Shown piece by piece: positions 1 through 6,709 of a DNA stretch of 11,753 bases. A model generated the notes under the pieces. That model was not told the origin of the DNA. It saw nothing but the letters and a program-made list of their open reading frames with translations, and searched no databases. Numbering within the stretch: the first letter of the stretch is position 1; each line of letters opens with the position of its first letter. The position numbers and the translations under genes were made by a program. The stretch comes from Candidatus Hermodarchaeota archaeon (lineage in GTDB: Archaea > Asgardarchaeota > Hermodarchaeia > Hermodarchaeales > Hermodarchaeaceae), in assembly GCA_016839805.1 (NCBI GenBank), contig JAEOTO010000040.1, positions 1 through 11,753 on the forward strand. The letters run 5' to 3'.

Positions 1-1959
1 ATAAACCACTATATGGCTACAATTGGTACCAAGATTCCTGTTGAAATTCGGGTCCTAGGTTACTTTCCGACCCCGTGGAATGTCACCGATACGTTGAGCA
101 TCGAACGATATCTCGCCTGGATTCTTTCCGCAAGCAATGCATTCCAAGACCTGCAAATGGCAAATCTCATTGATACGTATGGGTTCCAAAGTGTCTTCAC
201 CGATCTTTTTCCTGAAATCCAATACAATGACCAATTCACTGTTCCTCCATCCACTCCCTCAACCAAACTAGTTAAAGTTGCTAATCAACTTGCATCCGAT
301 CTCCAAAAACTCCAAGAACTAAGCCCTATATCAAGTACGGCACTGCTGGGTAGTAATAGTTGGGTTATCAACGGATCACTCTCGGATACTGGTACGCCTT
401 TTCTTTGTAGTGACCCTCATTTGTCACTTACTACACCACCGGTTTGGTATGAAGTTCACCTAATAGGTCCCACCCATAACGTGCAGGGCATCACGTATGT
501 CGGAATTCCCTTTGTGTATCAGGGACATAACGCGGATATTGCTTGGGGGTGGACCGGAATGTTATCTGATGTATCCGATTTCTATTATTATACCTGGCAT
601 CCAAGTCAACCAGATCAATATTGGTGGCAAGGGAGTTGGTGGACAATCGAGCAACGGAACGTAACGATATGGGCTCGAGTTGATAATCAATTCGCCCCTA
701 TTGAAAAAGTCTTCAACTACACAGTTCACGGACCCCTCTTTGAAGAATCCACTGGAAGATTTGCTCTGAAATGGACTGGAGCCAATGGTTCTAAAACAGC
801 TGAAGCCCTCTACAATCTTGCCAAAGCTACAGATTATACCTCATTCCTCTTAGCGCTTGAAGACATCGAATGCCCCAACCTCAATTTCTTGTATGCAGAT
901 ACGAGTGGTAATATCGCTTATCATGCCGCAGCTGCACAACCGATTCGTGCACTTGGTTTAGGTCCTAGTCCACTTAATGGATCATCAGGCAGCGAAGAGT
1001 GGATGGGTTTTATTCCCTTTAGCCAACTTCCACAAAGCTACAATCCTTCCACGGGCTTCCTAGTAACAGCAAACAATCGCCTAGTCAATGCAACCTACCC
1101 CTACTATCTTGGATATAATTTTGCACCACCCCACCGAGCCAACCGTATTAGCCAACTCTTAAACGCATCCACAAGCCACTCAATCATGGAAATGCAAAAC
1201 ATCCAACAAGACATCCTATCACTAGATGCACTCGCCATCAAAGACATAATCGCCAGTGTTGTTCTAGCAGAAATTTCTGCATCAGAAGATCCCACGATTC
1301 ACGCCGCAGCGTCTGAGCTCTTAGCCTGGGATGGAGTAACAAGTCCTGATAGTATAGGAGCAACAATTTGGAGTAATTTCGTCTTCACCTATATGAATGA
1401 AACCTTCTTTGATGAATACTTCGTCGCTGACACCCCCGAAGGCCCCTACCCCTCTGTAACCGTACTAGAGAACTTCACCCAAATCAACTATGAACTATGG
1501 TTCGATAATGTACTCGAACCGGAAACACAAACCCGAGATGATATCATCCTTCTCAGTTTCGAAGCCACGGTAGAATTCTTAGCCAATAATTTAGGACCCG
1601 ACGTTATCACCTGGGAATATAATCTAATTCATGTTCTTTGGATACAACATCCCATGTCATCCAGCTTTCCCTATCTAAACGCTCCCCGATTCCCGATAGC
1701 AGGAAGTGAATACACGGTAAATTATGCCCCAGGTTATCTCGTCGAGTTCGGTGCAAGCTACCGACTAATCATCGATTTCTCCGATTTTGACAACTCCCTA
1801 GGAGTACTACCTGGTGGACAAAGATCCAATCCTTATAGTAACCACTATCTAGATCAACTGAGGTTATGGGTGGTTGGCGAATACCATCCTTTACCCTACC
1901 CAGCTACATTGGTTGAAATGACCCAATATGAATCCATTCTCGTATTAAGACCGGAGTGA
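1..1959 (+). CDS. Penicillin acylase / acyl-homoserine-lactone acylase family Ntn-hydrolase (peptidase S45), 5'-truncated by the window edge
   Basis: G|SNSWVING...PFLCSDPHL...PPVWYEVHL is the beta-subunit N-terminal nucleophile motif (Ser codon 352-354). GHNADIAWGWT, NFLYADTSGNIAY, GFLVTANNR, GASYRLIIDF and PGGQ..NPYSNHYLDQ are typical of the family. Frame 1 is open from base 1 (INHYM...), so the ATG at 13 is probably internal. Confidence 0.93.
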   Translation: MNHYMATIGTKIPVEIRVLGYFPTPWNVTDTLSIERYLAWILSASNAFQDLQMANLIDTYGFQSVFTDLFPEIQYNDQFTVPPSTPSTKLVKVANQLASDLQKLQELSPISSTALLGSNSWVINGSLSDTGTPFLCSDPHLSLTTPPVWYEVHLIGPTHNVQGITYVGIPFVYQGHNADIAWGWTGMLSDVSDFYYYTWHPSQPDQYWWQGSWWTIEQRNVTIWARVDNQFAPIEKVFNYTVHGPLFEESTGRFALKWTGANGSKTAEALYNLAKATDYTSFLLALEDIECPNLNFLYADTSGNIAYHAAAAQPIRALGLGPSPLNGSSGSEEWMGFIPFSQLPQSYNPSTGFLVTANNRLVNATYPYYLGYNFAPPHRANRISQLLNASTSHSIMEMQNIQQDILSLDALAIKDIIASVVLAEISASEDPTIHAAASELLAWDGVTSPDSIGATIWSNFVFTYMNETFFDEYFVADTPEGPYPSVTVLENFTQINYELWFDNVLEPETQTRDDIILLSFEATVEFLANNLGPDVITWEYNLIHVLWIQHPMSSSFPYLNAPRFPIAGSEYTVNYAPGYLVEFGASYRLIIDFSDFDNSLGVLPGGQRSNPYSNHYLDQLRLWVVGEYHPLPYPATLVEMTQYESILVLRPE

Positions 1960-1966
1960 TGAGAAC

Positions 1967-1973
1967 GAGGTGA
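1967..1973 (+). promoter_or_regulatory. Shine-Dalgarno site (GAGGTGA) for the 1980 ORF
   Basis: GAGGTGA ends 6 nt before ATG 1980; archaeal-type SD. Confidence 0.75.
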
Positions 1974-1979
1974 GAAATT

Positions 1980-2489
1980 ATGTCAGGTACATCCTATAAG
2001 GGTACAATTCGGGCATTCTTTGGGAAAACCCAACATCCCTTGATCGGATTACTCGTTTGTTATCTCCTAGTAATAATGATACAGTTTACTGGTATTGGAA
2101 TTGCCATCATCGTGGGTGGGATACTCGCAGGTTTACTAATAAAACGCACCTACAAAGCTATAATCGTCGGTTTTTTGGGTGGTTTCCTAGGATGGCTAAC
2201 GCTCTTCGGATTGATGTATGCTTTCAATCCTGCAGCATTCACCAATGCATGGTTTATCCTGACACCGCTTCTGCCAGCGCCACCCCTCTTTGTGTGCCTC
2301 GTCGGTGGCGTAATTACCGGCGTTGGTGGACAGCTCGGGGCACTCTTTGGTGAAATTGCGATTCGCCCGAAAGATGATTTAGGATTACCCCCAAGTCCAA
2401 CTGAACGGATTCCCACCGAAGAACTTCCCCGACGTAAAAGGGTGAAACGTAAACAACCGAAAAGAAAGAAGAAAAAGAAAAGATATTGA
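1980..2489 (+). CDS. Small Gly-rich integral membrane protein (about 4 TM) with Pro-rich linker and polybasic C-terminal tail; function unknown
   Basis: Strong SD and 20 bp downstream of the acylase. Hydrophobic GxxxG-rich helices (IIVGGILAGLL, IIVGFLGGFLGWL, LVGGVITGVGGQLGALF). Ends RRKRVKRKQPKRKKKKKRY. Confidence 0.85.
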   Translation: MSGTSYKGTIRAFFGKTQHPLIGLLVCYLLVIMIQFTGIGIAIIVGGILAGLLIKRTYKAIIVGFLGGFLGWLTLFGLMYAFNPAAFTNAWFILTPLLPAPPLFVCLVGGVITGVGGQLGALFGEIAIRPKDDLGLPPSPTERIPTEELPRRKRVKRKQPKRKKKKKRY

Positions 2490-2538
2490 ACACCGATATG
2501 CACTGCCAGAATCGGAAGACACATATATTTTCTGGTCA

Positions 2539-3204
2539 GTGGGCGACCGAGGCTTAACGGTGTCACCATCTCCTCCATCAGAACCCAATACCTCTACAGA
2601 CAATGAATCAATTGAGGAACTTATCCAACAACTTACTGCTGAAGATTCTGCCACACGATGCCATATCATCAAAACCTTAGGTAGGCTAGGACCAGAGGCC
2701 ACTAACGCCCTTCCATCTATCCGTAAAGCACTCAATGATCCTGATTTCAAAATTCGTCTTGAAGCAGCGATCGCCCTAGGCTTTATTGGTACCAAAGACG
2801 ACACCCACTACTTACTTCCCCTCCTCGATGATGAAGAAGAAGCAGTTCGATTCCAAACCATTAGTGCCATCGCTTTCCTTCGTGATTCACACGCCACGCC
2901 AGAATTACTCAAACGCTACGATCAAGAAACCCTTCACGTAAAAGATCAGATTCTGCGTGCCTTGGGTCATCTTGGGGGTGATGGAGTCTACGATCTTCTC
3001 CAACGGGAATTAACAGCAAATCACCCTACGCTGCGCACTGGAGCTGTGGTTGGATTCGGGTTTCTAGGAGATCCTAGTGCGTGTACACTCCTTCAGGAAG
3101 TTGCAGAAAAGGACCCTAACAGAATTGTTACCCATGAAGCACGAATAGCCATTCTCCAACTACAAGACTCATGCAATTTGGATGCCAAAAAAATCAAGAA
3201 ATAA
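2539..3204 (+). CDS. HEAT-repeat (PBS-lyase HEAT-like) protein
   Basis: About 5 repeats of roughly 31 aa, e.g. ALNDPDFKIRLEAAIALGFIG, LLDDEEEAVRFQTISAIAFL, HVKDQILRALGHLG, PTLRTGAVVGFGFLGD. Start uncertain (GTG 2539 or GTG 2560). Confidence 0.88.
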   Translation: MGDRGLTVSPSPPSEPNTSTDNESIEELIQQLTAEDSATRCHIIKTLGRLGPEATNALPSIRKALNDPDFKIRLEAAIALGFIGTKDDTHYLLPLLDDEEEAVRFQTISAIAFLRDSHATPELLKRYDQETLHVKDQILRALGHLGGDGVYDLLQRELTANHPTLRTGAVVGFGFLGDPSACTLLQEVAEKDPNRIVTHEARIAILQLQDSCNLDAKKIKK

Positions 3205-3214
3205 CCTCGTCTCA

Positions 3215-3260
3215 AGAAGAAGAATATAAAGAAAAATAGTGAGGCGGAGGATCACGCCTT
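3215..3260 (-). terminator. Putative terminator of the wHTH gene (short hairpin plus pyrimidine/T tract)
   Basis: Minus strand reads AGGCG-tgatcctc-CGCCT (3242-3259) followed by cactatttttctttatattcttcttctt, between convergent genes. Confidence 0.4.
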
Positions 3261-3277
3261 GGCATTACAACTTTTGT

Positions 3278-3520
3278 TTATGCAGCTTCGCTATTGAGGA
3301 GTTGTCGACCCTTATCGGTCAAGTCAAACCAAACGTGGTAGACCCCACGGCGTTCATTGATGAGACCGACCTGTGTGAGTCGTTTTAGGTGATAAGCAGC
3401 AGTAGAAGTGGGGATGTTAAGATCTTTGGCGATTTCACGGAGGAAGGCTTTGTCCTTTGACAGCTTGGTCATGATCCTCCTTCGGGTGTTGTGTTGGAGT
3501 GCTTCAGTTTTTGATATCAT
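3278..3520 (-). CDS. Small winged helix-turn-helix transcriptional regulator (ArsR/MarR-like)
   Basis: ALQHNTRRRIMTKL...LREIAKDLNIPTSTAAYHLKRLTQVGLI...FDLTDKGRQLL is a classic wHTH pattern. No Cys-based metal site is visible. Confidence 0.88.
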   Translation of the reverse strand: MISKTEALQHNTRRRIMTKLSKDKAFLREIAKDLNIPTSTAAYHLKRLTQVGLINERRGVYHVWFDLTDKGRQLLNSEAA

Positions 3521-3550
3521 CTTAACCGTGTTAATCTTTTAAGTAAAGAA

Positions 3551-3559
3551 GTATATAAG
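3551..3559 (-). promoter_or_regulatory. Candidate archaeal TATA box for the wHTH gene
   Basis: Minus-strand CTTATATAC about 30 nt upstream of the ATG at 3520, with no SD; consistent with a leaderless or short-leader transcript. Confidence 0.5.
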
Positions 3560-3594
3560 TGTAATGGTTTCCTCTTATACAAACCTATACAATT

Positions 3595-3615
3595 TCGTCA
3601 AAGGCTAATTGACGA
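3595..3615. promoter_or_regulatory. Operator-like palindrome TCGTCAA-N7-TTGACGA
   Basis: Perfect 7-bp inverted repeat centred between the divergent TATA-like boxes of the wHTH and permease genes. Confidence 0.5.
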
Positions 3616-3642
3616 GACACGCGTTAATCATTTATTTAAAGA

Positions 3643-3677
3643 CTTATAAAACCTTTATCGTTTCTTATTATTATAAT
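3643..3677 (+). promoter_or_regulatory. Candidate TATA boxes for the permease transcript (CTTATAAA at 3643-3650; TTATAAT at 3671-3677)
   Basis: Matches to the archaeal YTTAWA consensus in an AT-rich stretch; cannot tell which is used. Confidence 0.4.
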
Positions 3678-3854
3678 CTAAACAATTACATTCCATGCTA
3701 GTCAGCCAGAAACCAGAATGACAAAGTTCCGTTCTAAACTATTGAACAGCGCGTTCTAAGCCGTAGGATAATGTTGCGCCACGCCGCTATACTTGTTTAG
3801 TTTCATTACTTGAATCCAGATTATTTGAAACTGCTAATAAGAGGTGCAGCATAA

Positions 3855-4832
3855 ATGGGTCTACGAGAATTTGTCGTGCGACGCGTATTCAACAGCATCT
3901 TTTTGATTCTCGGAGCGATTGCCTTCAACTTCTTCATCTTTCGCCTAATGCCAGGGGATCCCGTAGCAATCCTCATTAGCGGGCAAATCGCGGGACAACA
4001 GGATATGGCTGCTGCGATTCGTACCCTCTGGGGATTAGATCAACCACTGTATGTGCAGTTTGTCCAATATTTTATCAACATGATAAATTTTAATTTTGGT
4101 CTGTCGTTTACGGAGGGTTTTCGACCGGTCATTATGTCCATCGCTGCGCGATTACCAAACACGCTACTCCTCATGGGAACTGCTGCCATCGTGACGATTA
4201 TCATCGGTATCATAACGGGCATTACGGCTGCTGCTAAACGTGGCGGGAAGACTGATATGGGGTTAGTTGTGGGGGCTTTAACCTTCTATTCGATTCCTAC
4301 CTTCTGGCTAGGCATGATGTTCATCCTTATGTTCGGATTCTATATCCCACTCTTCCCGATGAGTGGCACCATCTCTGTTCCAGCACCAACGGATCCGCTA
4401 GCGTATGCGTTGGATGTCGCCTGGCATTTAGTCTTGCCAGCGTTGACGCTTGCCCTTGTCTCCTATGGCGGGTATATGCTGGTGATGCGGAATAGTTTGA
4501 TTGATGTCTTGACTGAAGATTATATCGTCACTGCGCGGGCTAAGGGCGTCGATGAACGCTCTGTGCTTTACAAACATGCGTTACGAAACGCTATTCTCCC
4601 CTTAGTGACCATGATTGCGCTAACCTTCGGATTTCTCATTACTGGAGCCACATTAACCGAGACGGTGTTCAATTGGTATGGCATCGGGCGGCTGATTTTC
4701 GATTCCGTCCTGTCCCATAACTACCCCGTATTACAGGCCCTCTTCTACATCATGGCCCTCACCGTCATTATTGCGAACTTTATTGCTGATATGCTCTACG
4801 GCTTCCTTGATCCACGCGTCCGCTATGACTAG
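3855..4832 (+). CDS. ABC peptide/nickel transporter permease, OppB/DppB type
   Basis: N-terminal RLMPGDP...GLDQPLYVQF...NFGLS, RLPNTLLL, SIPTFWLG, HLVLPALTL, EAA loop EDYIVTARAKG...KHALRNA, TETVFNWYGIG and C-terminal DPRVR. SD GAGGTG at 3841-3846. Confidence 0.96.
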   Translation: MGLREFVVRRVFNSIFLILGAIAFNFFIFRLMPGDPVAILISGQIAGQQDMAAAIRTLWGLDQPLYVQFVQYFINMINFNFGLSFTEGFRPVIMSIAARLPNTLLLMGTAAIVTIIIGIITGITAAAKRGGKTDMGLVVGALTFYSIPTFWLGMMFILMFGFYIPLFPMSGTISVPAPTDPLAYALDVAWHLVLPALTLALVSYGGYMLVMRNSLIDVLTEDYIVTARAKGVDERSVLYKHALRNAILPLVTMIALTFGFLITGATLTETVFNWYGIGRLIFDSVLSHNYPVLQALFYIMALTVIIANFIADMLYGFLDPRVRYD

Positions 4833-4849
4833 GAAGAATCCCACAATGT

Positions 4850-4884
4850 GAACCAAAACGAAGGGCGGCTAACAACCGCCCTTC
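4850..4884 (-). terminator. GC-rich hairpin terminator between convergent permease and GNAT genes
   Basis: GAAGGGCGG(4860-4868)-N7-CCGCCCTTC(4876-4884) is a perfect 9-bp stem; on the minus strand it is followed by GTTTTGGTT. Confidence 0.6.
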
Positions 4885-4933
4885 ACCACTCTTCCAAATG
4901 GGAATGGAGGGGGAGAAGGTGCCTGCCTTTGAA

Positions 4934-5482
4934 TTAGGCTGGAAGGGTTATTGGGCGTTTATAGAGTTGTACGAGCATTCCGGGTGCTTGTTCGTAGGGA
5001 TTTCCGTGGGGATTGAAACCAAAGCTTTCGACAAGGGTTCGCATGGTTTCATGTTCCACGAGGATATTGCAGAGATTCGCCGAAGCGCCTATTTGCTCGG
5101 CATATCTGACAAATTGACGATACATGGCACGGACGAGGCCACGATGACGGTAATCAGGATGAACTGTTTGATGTTCACCGAGTAACCCTTCAGGGGTAAG
5201 TAGGGTTTTGTAAAAGCCGGCGAGGTGATTGTCGAATCGGGCTCCAAAGTAGTGGAATCCCTTTTTCATCTCACTGATGACCTGATCTGGGGTGAGAACA
5301 CGTTTTTGTCGCCAAGCGCGTGGAATATGGTCAGCCTGGGGCCACACAAGGGCTAGGAGTTTGGAGATTTCTTGGGCGTCCTTTTCGGTGAGTTCTTCGA
5401 TGTGGATGTCTTCGTCTTCGGGTGGAAAGTCTTTGATCTTCGGTGACATCGACATGGTAGAGAACCTTTGGGTTGAAGACAT
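4934..5482 (-). CDS. GNAT-family N-acetyltransferase
   Basis: Acetyl-CoA-binding motif A TVHPDYRHRGLVRAM, N-terminal IEELTEKDAQEISKL and C-terminal LVESFGF. Start moved from 5614 (which overlaps the rSAM gene) to ATG 5482; ATG 5455 or 5449 is also possible. Confidence 0.85.
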   Translation of the reverse strand: MSSTQRFSTMSMSPKIKDFPPEDEDIHIEELTEKDAQEISKLLALVWPQADHIPRAWRQKRVLTPDQVISEMKKGFHYFGARFDNHLAGFYKTLLTPEGLLGEHQTVHPDYRHRGLVRAMYRQFVRYAEQIGASANLCNILVEHETMRTLVESFGFNPHGNPYEQAPGMLVQLYKRPITLPA

Positions 5483-5501
5483 TTGAATGCTTGCTTTCTT
5501 A

Positions 5502-6632
5502 TCAGGTTTTAATAACCTCATAGGCTTCTTGGAGGGCTGTACATCCTCCACAGCGTATACATCCTGCGCGGTGAATGGAGGGATCAAGGTCGTGATCGTA
5601 GAGGAGCTGTGCACAATCTAGGTATACGTCGATGATCTTGTTGAGGTTATGGACATATGGAGGTATGTGACGTTCCAAGTGCGAACCAGGATTAGGTCGA
5701 TATGGGACTGGAACCGGAATCACTTCTGTTTCGATAGTGGTTTTGAAGCCCTGATAGAGTTGCTCAGGAGTCTCCCCCAGTCCAAGTAGAATGAAAGTGC
5801 TAACTTGCCCGCGACCAAAAAATGTTACAGCCGATCGCCATGCACCTAAATAGTCTGAGAAGCTCGCGTGTTGAAATTTACCAGGGCAGTATTTCTTGCG
5901 TAAAGTGTCGTCATAGATTTCGAGATGAATGCCAACCGTGTCTACGCCTGCCTCCTTTAATGCACGAAATTGATTGAATGATTTGGGAGGTTCGAGTTGG
6001 ACATGGATTGGAATATCACTGTGTTGGCGGAGTTTCGAAACGAATTCAATGTAATCCATTGCTCCTCGATCTGGACGTTTTGGGCTGCCTATGGTGAGAG
6101 TAAGGTGGCTGGCACGGCCTTCTTGTTGTGAAGCCTCGAGGACTTGAAGGAATTGTTCAGGGGATTTTCGGAGAGTAGTTCTGCCTAATTCAAGACTTAC
6201 AGGAATGCTGCAAAAGAGGCATTCTAGCCCTTCGTTAAAGTAATCACAATGTTGGACGAGAGTAGTAGCTAGGCAGTCAATGCCATGAACCAAGGCTATA
6301 TGTGACATCGGGGTGCCATCGTCTAGTTGGTATTGGTAATAGTGAGGAATATGGACGAGTGTAACCTCGAAGACTTCGTTGTCAAGGTTATTGATTTGAA
6401 ACCGATTTTCTGAGATTGGTTTAAGCGCTAAGGAATGAAACTCATTTGCCTGCTGGTTCGATCGAACTGGTGCATTAACGACAATCTTTTCATCTAACAA
6501 GAAATAGCGACCCAGTGTTGGTCCTGCACCCCCTTTTCGTCCCGTGTCTTCTTCTGTTAGGAAATGAACTCCTCGGGTGAGCATTGCTACTTTTCGTTTT
6601 AGTATATCTTGGGCTGAAGTTTGGGGGGACAC
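5502..6632 (-). CDS. Radical SAM protein, MSMEG_0568 / NitD (Nit1C cluster)-like family
   Basis: N-terminal GRKGGAGP, then IALVHGIDCLATTLVQHC with non-canonical CX8CX2C (C129/C138/C141; 6210-6248), PIHVQLEPP, GVDTVGIHLE, FGRGQVSTFILLGLGE, and C-terminal AGCIRCGGC (5541-5561). These match the family's motifs as I recall them. Confidence 0.88.
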   Translation of the reverse strand: MSPQTSAQDILKRKVAMLTRGVHFLTEEDTGRKGGAGPTLGRYFLLDEKIVVNAPVRSNQQANEFHSLALKPISENRFQINNLDNEVFEVTLVHIPHYYQYQLDDGTPMSHIALVHGIDCLATTLVQHCDYFNEGLECLFCSIPVSLELGRTTLRKSPEQFLQVLEASQQEGRASHLTLTIGSPKRPDRGAMDYIEFVSKLRQHSDIPIHVQLEPPKSFNQFRALKEAGVDTVGIHLEIYDDTLRKKYCPGKFQHASFSDYLGAWRSAVTFFGRGQVSTFILLGLGETPEQLYQGFKTTIETEVIPVPVPYRPNPGSHLERHIPPYVHNLNKIIDVYLDCAQLLYDHDLDPSIHRAGCIRCGGCTALQEAYEVIKT

Positions 6633-6709
6633 AGTTCTCGCCAGTGAAGTATATTCGTTAATTTACTGGTCTAAAAGTTTCGCTCTCACCATTTTCAACG
6701 AATTTTATG

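Noticed and set aside
60-1295. Antisense ORFs 60-266 and 1104-1295
   Set aside because: They lie fully inside the acylase on the opposite strand and have no recognisable features.
2057-2804. Alternative ORFs 2057-2353 (+), 2150-2578 (-) and 2385-2804 (-)
   Set aside because: They are shadows of the membrane and HEAT genes with no motifs; the poly-Phe is just the antisense of the poly-Lys tail.
3521-3854. tRNA, CRISPR array or IS end in the long intergenic region
   Set aside because: No cloverleaf or T-loop motif, no regularly spaced repeats, and no transposase or terminal inverted repeats with target duplication.
4040-5486. ORFs 4040-4222 (-), 4898-5185 (+) and 5292-5486 (+)
   Set aside because: They are antisense to well-supported genes; 4898-5185 shows no OppC similarity, so it is not the missing permease partner.
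5499-5504. Possible selenocysteine read-through of the rSAM TGA, with the 4860 hairpin as SECIS
   Set aside because: The TGA is immediately followed by an in-frame TAA, and the hairpin lacks recognisable SECIS features.
5483-5614. N-terminal extension of the GNAT ORF (start 5614)
   Set aside because: It overlaps the Cys-motif-coding 3' end of the rSAM gene by 113 nt; ATG 5482 just after the rSAM stop is more plausible.
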